A stretch of DNA of 55,552 bases from NCBI GenBank assembly GCA_009695275.1, contig SIBF01000001.1, positions 1 through 55,552 on the forward strand, given 5' to 3'. The stretch is from Pedosphaera sp. (GTDB lineage: Bacteria > Verrucomicrobiota > Verrucomicrobiia > Limisphaerales > F1-12-MAGs170). A program made the translations under genes and the position numbers. Within the stretch, counting starts at the first letter, position 1, and each line of letters begins with the position of its first letter. The notes under the pieces are model-generated. The model saw nothing but the letters and a program-made list of their open reading frames with translations, did no database searches and was not told the origin of the DNA. This document shows positions 17,301-24,905 of this stretch, one piece after another.

Positions 17301-20300
17301 GTTGGATAGCCACCCGCCAGTAGATTGGATACAAGCTGCGGCGCGTCGCCGAAATCGAGCAACGGCGCGCTGATCGTCACTTTGTAATCCTCGACTTCAC
17401 CGCTGGACGCCGAACCGTCAAAGTTCAGACCACCCTCGCGACTGAAGCGGAACCGTGCGTAAGTCTCGCCCGCTTTTGCCGAGGCGGGAACCGAAAATGC
17501 CAACGTGTTTGCGCCCGCCACCAGCGGCAGACTGGTGAAACTCTTCTCACCAGCGTCCGCCCACGAGAAGTTCGAGTTGAAATCAATCCACGCGTCAAGA
17601 CGACCGCTCTGAGACGCCGTGACGATCACGGTCGTCGTCGCGCCAGCGTTCAGCGGTCCAGAGAAAACCACTCCATCCTCATCATCAGGAACAGCGGTGG
17701 ATGCGCCGTCGTCACTGAGAGCATCCAGGCCCGGCTGGCCGTCGGGCTCCCCGTCGATCAATTTGCCGAGGAAGAATCCTGGCTGGATCGCATGTCGTGC
17801 GCCATTCCGCGAGAGCGTCGTCGGATAACCACCCACCGCCAGCCCAGCGGGGAATTCCGGCGCGTCGCCAAAGTCGAGCGAGACCGTGGAAATCGTCACC
17901 TTGTAATCCTCAACCTCGCCACTCGATGCCGGGCCATCGAAGTTCAACCCACTTTCGTGACTGAAGCGGAACCGTACGTAAGTCTCACCCGCTTTTGCCG
18001 AGGCGGGAACCGAAAATGTCAACGTGTTTGCGCCCGCCACCAGCGGCAGACTGGTGAAAATCTTCTCACCAGCGTCCGCCCACGAGAAGTTCGAGTTGAA
18101 ATCAATCCACGCGTCAAGACGACCGCTCTGAGACGCCGTGACGATCACGGTCGTCGTCGCGCCAGAATTCAGCGGCCCGGAGAAGACCACGCCGTCCTCG
18201 TCGTCCGGTACGGCGGTGGAGATGCCATCGTCACCAAGAGCGTCTGAACTTGGCTGGCCGTCCGTCTCCCCATCAATGAATTTCCCGAGAACGAATTTAG
18301 GGTCAATAACATGCCGCGCGCCGTTCCGCGCGAGCGTGGTGGGATAGCCGCCCGCCGCCAGCCCGGTTGAAAACTCCGGCGCGTCGCCGAAGTCGAACAA
18401 CTGCGCGCTGATCGTCACCTTGTAATCCTCCACCTCGCCATCGGACGCGAGACCATCAAAACTTTTCACGCCTTCGAGGCTGAAACGGAAACGCGCGAAG
18501 GTGTCTCCACCTTTCGCGTCCGCAGGCACGTTGAATGAAAGTGTGTTCGCTCCGGGCACGAGCGCCTGTCCCGCGAAAATTCGCTCGTTCGTTTCAAGCC
18601 ACGAACCATTGCCGTTGAAATCGAGCCACGCATCCAGCCGCCCACTCACGGACGCGAACACTTCGAGCTTCGTGGTCTCACCGGCGTTGAGCGGAGTCAG
18701 GAATCGAACCCCATCCTCGTCGTCGGGAACGGTCGGAGATGAACCATCATCGCCGAGTGCGTCGGCGCTCGGTTTGCCGTCCGGCTCGGCGTCGATGAGG
18801 CTGCCGAGGAAAACGCCCTTCACGATTCGATGCCGAGCACCGTTGTTCTTGAGTGTGGTCGGAAAGGATGGCTCCGGCGCATCGCCAAAATCGAATTCGA
18901 TCAATTGAACCGTCAGGCTCCCCGGATTGCTGGTGATCGAGCCATTCTGGTTGCTCACGACCACGTCGTAATTCCCGGACCGGCTGGTTTGGACTGCCGG
19001 CAGAAGCAGCGTGGAGCCCAATTCGCCAGGCAACGCTCTTTGGTTGAACCGCCACTGAAATGCCAATGGAGGATCGCCCGCTGCGTCCACTTTGAGAATG
19101 ACGTCCGCTCCTTCATCCGCCGTCTGGCTCGCGGGATGATTCACGATCGTCGGTGGCGAACCCTTCTTGTTCACGGTCAGCACAAACGTGTCAGCGGCTG
19201 AAGCGGCGCCATCGCTGACGGCTACTATGATTGTAGCAGCTCCGCTTTGCCCGGAAGCCGGCTGGATCGCAATGGTTCTATTCGCACCTGAACCGCCCAA
19301 CGAAATACTAGCGTCCGGCACCAGGATTTGGTCCGACGACTTCGCCGTCACTGTCAACGACGCGATCGGATTGTCGATGTCATCCACCGTGAACGCCACC
19401 GGGCCGAGGCTTGATCCCTGATCCACCGCCTGGTTTAGAATGTCCGAAATGGTCGGGGAATCGTTCGCCGGATTGACCGTCACTTTGAACGTCGTGCTTG
19501 CCGTACTGTTGGCAGAGCCGCCGTCATTGACCGTCACTGTGATCACTGCCGCTCCGTTGGCGTTGGCTATCGGTGTGAAACCAATCGAGCCGGTTGCATT
19601 TGGATTCGCGTAACTCACGCCCGGATTTGGAACCAACCCCGTGTTGTCCGACGTGGCCGTGACGGCAAGCGTCTGACTCTCGTTGCTGGCTCCCGAACCA
19701 ATTCCAGACAGCACCACTGTTTGCGGTCCAGCATCCTCGTTGATCGCCAGGTCGGAAAGCGCCCCGATGGTCGGGGGATCGTTCACCGGATTGACCGTGA
19801 CGGTGAAGGTCCGGCTGGCCGGCGTGTTCGAGCTGTCGTTGACAGACACCGTGATGTTTGCCGAGCCATTCGCATTCGATGCCGGCGTAAAACTCAAGCT
19901 ACCGGTCGCGCTCGCGCTGTTGTAGTTCACCGTCGGATTTGGAATCAGCCCGGAATTATCCGACGTAGCGGTGACGGTGAGTGTCTGGCTCTCGTTGCTC
20001 GCGCCCGATGTGATCCCGGTCAGGTTCACTGTCTGGGTTCCGGCGTCCTCGTTGATCGTCAGACTTGAAATCACGTCTATCGTCGGCGGATCATCCACCG
20101 GAGTGACCACCACCGTGAATGCTACGCTCGCCGTATTGTTCGCGGCACCGCCATCGTTGACAGTGACCGTGATCACCACACTGCCATTCGCGTTCGCCAC
20201 GGGGGCGAAGCTCAAGCTGCCCGTCGAGTTCGGGCTGGTGTAGCTCACGCCCGGATTTGGAATCAATCCCGTGTTGTCCGAAGTGGCCGTGACGGCAAGC

Positions 20301-21787
20301 GTCTGACTCTCGTTGCTGGCTCCCGAACCAATTCCAGACAGCGCCACTGTTTGCGTTCCAGCATCCTCGCTGATCGTCAGGCCGATCAGCCGGTCGATCG
20401 TCGGCGGGTCGTTCACCGGATTGACCGTGACGGTGAAGGTCCGGCTGGCCGGCGTGTTCGAGCCATCGCTGACAGACACCGTGATGTTTGCCGTGCCACT
20501 TCCATTCGACACGGGAGCAAAACTCAGACTGCCCGCCGCGTTCGGACTTGTGTAACTGACACCCGGATTTGGAATCAGCCCGGTGTTGTCCGACGTAGCG
20601 GTGACGGTGAGCGTCTGGCTCTCGTTGCTCGCGCCCGATGTGATCCCTGTCAGGTTCACCCCCTGGGTCCCGGCATCCTCGTTGATCGTCAGACTCGAAA
20701 TCGCGTCGAGCGTCGGCGGATCATCCACCGGATTGACCACCACCGTGAATGTTACGCTCGCCGTATTGTTCGCGGCACCGCCATCGTCCACGGTGACAGT
20801 GATCGACGCCTTGCCATTCGCATTCGCCACCGGCGCGAAGCTCAGGCTGCCCGTGGAGTTCGGGCTGGTGTAGCTCACGCCCGGATTGGGGATCAGGCTC
20901 GTATCGCTCGAAGTGGCGGTGATTGTGAGCGTCTGGCTCTCATTGCCAGGGCCGGCGGAAATGCCGGACAGGGAAACGGTCTGTGTCCCGGCATCCTCGT
21001 CGATCGTCAGCGTCGTCAGCCGGTTGATCGTCGGCGGGTCATTCACCGCATTGACAATCAACGCAAACGCGGTGCTGGAACTGGCCTTTCCGTCTGAAAC
21101 TGTAATGGTGATCGAGGTCTGTCCGCTTTGATTTGCCACGGGAGTCACCGTGATCGTTCTTGCGGCCGGAGATGTCGCCCCCACACCAAGAACAATGCCG
21201 CTATCAGGCACGAGCGTCTTGTCAGTCGCATCAGCGGTCACCGAAAGGCTCGTGATGGCCGAGTCGATGTCTCCGATGAAAAATGAGATCGCGCCCGTTG
21301 ATGAGTCCTCGTCGATCGTCTGGCTGTCGATGTTCGAAGTCGTCGGCGGATCGTTCACCGGATTGACGGTCAGAAAAAACCGCGTAACGCGTGTCAGTGA
21401 ACCATCGCTGACAGTCAATATGATCAACGCAGAACCGGACTGGTTCGCGGCTGGTGTCACTGTGACGTTCCGGGCTCCTCCCTTTCCGCCGAGTGAGATC
21501 GACCCAGCCGGGACGAGCGTCGTGTTGTCAGAGGCAGCAGTAACAGTGAGCAGCGCCGCAAAGGTCTCCAGATCACTGACGGTGAAGTCAAGCGGCCCAT
21601 CAACCTTGTCCTCGTCGATGGTCTGGCTCGCGATGGTCGAGATGGTCGGCGCTGTGTTCCGGGTCTGTGCCGCGACTTCCCACTCATGGAAGAGCAAGGC
21701 AATGGCGACGACGCGGCACACAAAGCCCCCCGACGCGCGACTCACCGCGCAAGTCCAGTTCCACAGCATTGTCTTGAGCTTGTTCAC
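14357..21787 (-). CDS. giant secreted surface protein (2476 aa): signal peptide, 8 cadherin-like repeats, Ig I-set, 5 GEVED domains, IgGFc-binding-N-like domain, HYR domains, conserved FYRI tail
   Basis: Uninterrupted 7.4-kb ORF (GTG 21787, or ATG 21769 'MLWNWTCAV..'). The N-terminus has a hydrophobic h-region. Motifs in order: 'IDED...VNDPPT' units; 'PASQTADEGADVILKVDAAGDPPLAFQWRFN'; 'DFGDAPE..NGARH..DDEDGV..GEVEDY' x5; 'GTDFWLTFPGNY...DPFMMQLP'; Cys-rich 'PPVVTCPDPITV' HYR-like units. Confidence 0.9.
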   Translation of the reverse strand: MNKLKTMLWNWTCAVSRASGGFVCRVVAIALLFHEWEVAAQTRNTAPTISTIASQTIDEDKVDGPLDFTVSDLETFAALLTVTAASDNTTLVPAGSISLGGKGGARNVTVTPAANQSGSALIILTVSDGSLTRVTRFFLTVNPVNDPPTTSNIDSQTIDEDSSTGAISFFIGDIDSAITSLSVTADATDKTLVPDSGIVLGVGATSPAARTITVTPVANQSGQTSITITVSDGKASSSTAFALIVNAVNDPPTINRLTTLTIDEDAGTQTVSLSGISAGPGNESQTLTITATSSDTSLIPNPGVSYTSPNSTGSLSFAPVANANGKASITVTVDDGGAANNTASVTFTVVVNPVDDPPTLDAISSLTINEDAGTQGVNLTGITSGASNESQTLTVTATSDNTGLIPNPGVSYTSPNAAGSLSFAPVSNGSGTANITVSVSDGSNTPASRTFTVTVNPVNDPPTIDRLIGLTISEDAGTQTVALSGIGSGASNESQTLAVTATSDNTGLIPNPGVSYTSPNSTGSLSFAPVANANGSVVITVTVNDGGAANNTASVAFTVVVTPVDDPPTIDVISSLTINEDAGTQTVNLTGITSGASNESQTLTVTATSDNSGLIPNPTVNYNSASATGSLSFTPASNANGSANITVSVNDSSNTPASRTFTVTVNPVNDPPTIGALSDLAINEDAGPQTVVLSGIGSGASNESQTLAVTATSDNTGLVPNPGVSYANPNATGSIGFTPIANANGAAVITVTVNDGGSANSTASTTFKVTVNPANDSPTISDILNQAVDQGSSLGPVAFTVDDIDNPIASLTVTAKSSDQILVPDASISLGGSGANRTIAIQPASGQSGAATIIVAVSDGAASAADTFVLTVNKKGSPPTIVNHPASQTADEGADVILKVDAAGDPPLAFQWRFNQRALPGELGSTLLLPAVQTSRSGNYDVVVSNQNGSITSNPGSLTVQLIEFDFGDAPEPSFPTTLKNNGARHRIVKGVFLGSLIDAEPDGKPSADALGDDGSSPTVPDDEDGVRFLTPLNAGETTKLEVFASVSGRLDAWLDFNGNGSWLETNERIFAGQALVPGANTLSFNVPADAKGGDTFARFRFSLEGVKSFDGLASDGEVEDYKVTISAQLFDFGDAPEFSTGLAAGGYPTTLARNGARHVIDPKFVLGKFIDGETDGQPSSDALGDDGISTAVPDDEDGVVFSGPLNSGATTTVIVTASQSGRLDAWIDFNSNFSWADAGEKIFTSLPLVAGANTLTFSVPASAKAGETYVRFRFSHESGLNFDGPASSGEVEDYKVTISTVSLDFGDAPEFPAGLAVGGYPTTLSRNGARHAIQPGFFLGKLIDGEPDGQPGLDALSDDGASTAVPDDEDGVVFSGPLNAGATTTVIVTASQSGRLDAWIDFNSNFSWADAGEKSFTSLPLVAGANTLAFSVPASAKAGETYARFRFSREGGLNFDGSASSGEVEDYKVTISAPLLDFGDAPQLVSNLLAGGYPTTFARNGARHVIDSKFVLGKLIDGEPDGQPSSDALGDDGASTTVPDDEDGVVFSGPLNSGATATVVVTASQSGRLDAWIDFNVNFSWADAGERIFTSLPLVAGANTLTFPVPAFAKAGETYARFRFSREGGLNFDGLASSGEVEDYKVSIKAESLDFGDAPQLQSDLLAGGYPTTLSRNGARHGINPNFFLGKLIDGELDGQPSSDALGDDGALATIPDDEDGVRFVTPLVPGREATIEVTASTTGRLDAWLDFNVNFSWADPEDHIFTSQALAPGLNLLKFLVPLRAKPGVSFARFRFSREGGLDFTGFSPIGEVEDYRVEIERGENCDLTCAGTDFWLTFPGNYDPDPANPVRPELSVVGNPGTSVSVQIPGLKFQKTTTIPAAMCVTIVLPVGADLGDANDIIEKKGIHLTASQPVSVHGLSKVKYTSDGFLAIQTEALGSDYIIQSFSNSSSPQPELNGTQFALVATENDTTVTIIPSVVTQGYDSGFPYTIKLQQGETYQLRNVNGPPQDLSGTLISSDKPVAAFGSHACANIQSASHAFCDYLVEQLIPIKRWGTDYFTFPLKTRTKGDTFRVLAAFDGTQVSINGFNVATLDRGKMFQIVLALGARITANRPIHVTQYANSSDFDLVKQSDPFMMQLPHRALFNTQYKFCAPDGFASHFINVIAPSATASAGLVQLDGAAIPPGAFFAIGVSGFSGASVPLTPGGHSVVSPQPVGLTQYGLADYESYGWPVCFFFGDTTPPVVTCPDPITVDLNKTPAIAGSVPCKTPVPDLRQKVTFTDNCPRSPNTGSVAIEPVTQEPPPGTLVGPGEHDIVLSVDDGHGNTGSCVTKFTVIGPPADPNAKPVVHCPQDIVVPCADDNGAFVDFKAFVSIGCGELPMECNPPPGLFPVGKTQVTCVYKGSSTPLTCSFTVTVNCAKIVVNHSGNTLTISWSSSEKLQVSDSLLGPWTDVPAGAQTLNVNPGDGPQKFYRIRP
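16340..18912 (-). repeat. 5 tandem GEVED-domain coding repeats (~173 aa, ~520 bp each)
   Basis: Unit boundaries at about 18912, 18400, 17880, 17360, 16840 and 16340. Units 2-4 are close to identical at DNA level (for example 17520-17650 versus 18040-18170). Confidence 0.85.
19140..21655 (-). repeat. 8 tandem ~105-aa (~315-bp) cadherin-like/Ig-like coding repeats; units 3-7 alternate A/B types to give a ~630-bp higher-order repeat
   Basis: Each unit ends in 'VN(P/A)V(N/D)DPPT'. DNA near 19620-19760 is nearly identical to 20250-20390, and 19930-20080 to 20555-20710. Confidence 0.85.
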
Positions 21788-21803
21788 GACTCGTCAAAAG
21801 CGC

Positions 21804-24800
21804 CTATTTGATCCGGTAAAACCGCTGCTTCGATTCCGAAGTGTTGATCGTGATCTCGTTTCCGCCGACCGTGACATCCACCCACGGTCCCGCCGGGCTG
21901 TCTGCCACCTGAAGCACGCCAGCACCGGACCACGAGATCGTGAGTTGGGAATTGTTGAGCACCGGCGCCACACTGATCTGCGCGCAACTCACGGTGATTT
22001 TGAATTCGCACGTCAACGGCGGCGATGAACCCGGCAGCGTGCAGATCACCGTCGTCGTCCCGACCGGGAAGAGGCTGTTCGGCGGAGGCACGCATTCGAG
22101 CGGCACCTCATCGCAATCGACCGTGGCAAACGCATGGAAATCCACGATGGCGCCATTGTCGTCCGCGCACTTCACCACCATGTCCTGCGGACAATGGAGA
22201 ACAGGCTTGGCGTCTGGATCGGCGTTCGGATCCGTCACCGTGAATGTCGTCACGCAGAAGCCGACGTTCCCGCGCGCATCGGCGACGCTGCACACGACCT
22301 CATGGACGCCAGGTCCGACGAACGTTCCGGGCGGCGGATCCTGCGTCACCACGCCGCCAGCTCCCGCGAAGGTCTGTGATGGAGGGCAATTGTCGGTGAA
22401 CGTCACTTTGGATCGAAAATCCGGAACAGGGGCTTTGCATATCCGAACCGCGGTCAGGTTCGCGTTCAACGTCGCGACGGCGGGCGGTGGACAGTTCACC
22501 GTCGGAGGTGTTGTGTCGCCAAAGAAAAGACAGGTGGGCCAGCCGTAAGATTCGTACTGGTTCCATCCGTAAAGGGTGACTCCCACCGGCTGGGCGGCCG
22601 TCAGCGAGTGAACGCCGGGCACGACCGCTTTGGTCGCCTCCGAGTAGGCAGTCACTCCTATCGGACTAAAGCCACCCACGGCCACGCCATCCAGCAAAAC
22701 GCTGCCCGCGGCGGCGGTGGGCGCGATCACGTTGATGTGATGAGTGAGGAAGCCGGTGGGCACGCAGAATTTCTGCTGGGCGTTGAACAGCGGACGGCCC
22801 GGCACCAGCGACATGAACGGATCGCTCGAGGCTACCGTGTCGAAATCGGAGCTGTTCGCATACTGGGCCACGAGCACAGGCCGGCTGGCGGTGATCTGGG
22901 TGCCATTCACCGCCGCCGAAGCGGGACGGACAGTCTCATAAAACCCGCCCGCCGCGAGTGTCGCCACCGGCGCGCCGTTGACCGAGACAATCGTGTTGTC
23001 GTACCCGGCCAGAACACGGACTGTGTCGCCCTTGGAACGAGTCGCCAGCCGCCGCAGGTAAAATTCCGCCGCCCACCGATTGACCGGCGGAAGCTGCTCG
23101 ACGACGTAATCGCAGAACGACGAACTGGCGGAGCGAACGTTCGCGCAAGCGTGGCCGCCAAAAACGCCGATCGGTTTGTCCGACAGGATATGGGTTCCCG
23201 TGAGATCAGCGCCCACGCCGGAGGCGCGAAGTTGATACGTCTCGCCCGCGCCCAGCGGGACAGGGAAAGGAACCCCCGCGGCGTGCGGGCCGGTCACCGC
23301 GCCCGGGATCACGATAACCGTGGTATCAGGTTCGGTGGCGACGATGGCGAATTGCGTCCCGTCCAACTCCGGCACGCCCGCCTGCTCATTGCCATACGCC
23401 AGGACAAAATACTCGGTGCCCAGTGCCTCCGTCGGCAGGGCCAGGTAGCCGTCGCTCGAAAACTTCACCTTGCTCATTCCGTGGATGCCGACCGGCGCGG
23501 TCGCGGTGACATGAATGCCCTTGTCGTCGATGAAATCACTCTTATCGCCCAGGTCGGTTTCCTTCGGCAGATCAATGTTCACACACGACGACGCCGGAAT
23601 GACGACGTTCTTGTTGAAGCCCAGGCCGGGAATTGCGACCGTCACCTGCGTTCCCGGATTGCCCAGCACCCACAAGCCCGGCTTCACCGGATTCGCCGGA
23701 TCCGGCGCATAATTGCCAGGGAACGTCAGCCAGAAATCGGTCCCCTCGCAACTCAGGTCGCAGCGCCCCGCCTTCTCGATCCGGGCGACGTGATCCTCGA
23801 CCTCCCCCACCCCGCCATCGCCGTCGAAATTCAATTTACCTTCCCGGCTGAACCGGAACCGGGCGAACGCGGAGCCAGCTTGTGCTGATGCGGGCACGGG
23901 AAAATTCAACACGTTCACGCCCGTCGCAACCACCTGGCCGTTGAAGATCCTCTCGGAAGCGTCGGCCCAGCTCAGGTTGCGATTGAAATCCACCCACGCA
24001 TCGATACGACCGCTGGCGGTTGTGATGATCTCGACCTGCGCGATGGTTCCCGGCGTCAGCGCCGAAAGGAACCGCACGCCATCCTCATCGTCCAAGCTTC
24101 CATTTGCGTCATCACCGCTCGCCGCCGCGTTTGGCTGGCCGTTCAACTCTCCGTCCTCAATGCGTCCAAGATGGAAGCCTTTCAGAATATGATGCCGCGC
24201 TCCATTCCTCGCGAGTGTCGTGGGGAAACCGCCATTCTCCAGCTCCGGCGCGTCGCCGAAATCGAGCAACTCAGATTCGATGTTCACGCTGTAGTCTTCC
24301 ACTTCGCCATCTTTCGCCGGGCCAAGGAACGAAAGCTTCGGTTCGTGGCTCCACCGGAAGCGGACAAAGGTCCGGCCCTGCTTGGCCGAGACGGGCACGA
24401 TAAAACTCAGCGTGTGCGCTCCCGTCGCCAGCGAAAGGTCGTTGAAGACGTGTTCTCCCTCGTCGGCCCAACTGCCGTTTAGGTTGAGGTCCACCCAGGC
24501 ATTGAGGAGGCCCTGCCCAAGGACAGTCACCACGACCGTCGCCGCCTGCCCCGGCACGAGCGACGAGGAAAACACGACGCCATCTTCATCGTCCGCCGCG
24601 CCCGCCGGCAAAACATCGTCGCCCAGCGCGTCGGCGTGCGGCTGGCCATCAAGTTCCGGATCGATCCGGCGCCCGAGAGTGAATCCCTCGACAATTCCGT
24701 GCCGCGCTCCGTTTTTCTTCAGTGTCGTTGGATAAGGACCATCTGGCGCGTCGCCGAAATCCAGTTTTCCAGCTCCAGTCGGCGGCGGCGCGATGGTATT

Positions 24801-24905
24801 GATGCTGGCAGAGGAGGCGCGCGTCGCCAAGGCGGACAAGACCGCCGCGAGCGCGAGACCAATCAGCGCAAAGGAAACTGATCCATGGAGAAGGCTATTT
24901 CTCAT
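21804..24905 (-). CDS. secreted surface protein (~1033 aa): signal peptide, 2 GEVED domains, IgGFc-binding-N-like domain, HYR domains, conserved FYRI tail (paralogue of the C-terminal half of 14357..21787)
   Basis: ATG 24905 ('MRNSLLHGSVSFALIGLALAAVLSALA'); the track start GTG 24920 is also possible. Either start overlaps the stop (24895-97) of the giant upstream ORF. 'DFGDAPDGPYPTTLKKNGARH...GEVEDY' occurs twice. 'GTDFWLTFPGNYAPDPANPV' and the following sequence is collinear with the 2476-aa protein. Confidence 0.9.
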   Translation of the reverse strand: MRNSLLHGSVSFALIGLALAAVLSALATRASSASINTIAPPPTGAGKLDFGDAPDGPYPTTLKKNGARHGIVEGFTLGRRIDPELDGQPHADALGDDVLPAGAADDEDGVVFSSSLVPGQAATVVVTVLGQGLLNAWVDLNLNGSWADEGEHVFNDLSLATGAHTLSFIVPVSAKQGRTFVRFRWSHEPKLSFLGPAKDGEVEDYSVNIESELLDFGDAPELENGGFPTTLARNGARHHILKGFHLGRIEDGELNGQPNAAASGDDANGSLDDEDGVRFLSALTPGTIAQVEIITTASGRIDAWVDFNRNLSWADASERIFNGQVVATGVNVLNFPVPASAQAGSAFARFRFSREGKLNFDGDGGVGEVEDHVARIEKAGRCDLSCEGTDFWLTFPGNYAPDPANPVKPGLWVLGNPGTQVTVAIPGLGFNKNVVIPASSCVNIDLPKETDLGDKSDFIDDKGIHVTATAPVGIHGMSKVKFSSDGYLALPTEALGTEYFVLAYGNEQAGVPELDGTQFAIVATEPDTTVIVIPGAVTGPHAAGVPFPVPLGAGETYQLRASGVGADLTGTHILSDKPIGVFGGHACANVRSASSSFCDYVVEQLPPVNRWAAEFYLRRLATRSKGDTVRVLAGYDNTIVSVNGAPVATLAAGGFYETVRPASAAVNGTQITASRPVLVAQYANSSDFDTVASSDPFMSLVPGRPLFNAQQKFCVPTGFLTHHINVIAPTAAAGSVLLDGVAVGGFSPIGVTAYSEATKAVVPGVHSLTAAQPVGVTLYGWNQYESYGWPTCLFFGDTTPPTVNCPPPAVATLNANLTAVRICKAPVPDFRSKVTFTDNCPPSQTFAGAGGVVTQDPPPGTFVGPGVHEVVCSVADARGNVGFCVTTFTVTDPNADPDAKPVLHCPQDMVVKCADDNGAIVDFHAFATVDCDEVPLECVPPPNSLFPVGTTTVICTLPGSSPPLTCEFKITVSCAQISVAPVLNNSQLTISWSGAGVLQVADSPAGPWVDVTVGGNEITINTSESKQRFYRIK

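Noticed and set aside
16340-21655. Regular ~315/520/630-bp DNA periodicity that could be mistaken for a CRISPR or satellite array.
   Set aside because: The periods are far longer than CRISPR repeat-spacer units. There are no short conserved repeats with unique spacers. The whole region is one open reading frame encoding protein-domain repeats.
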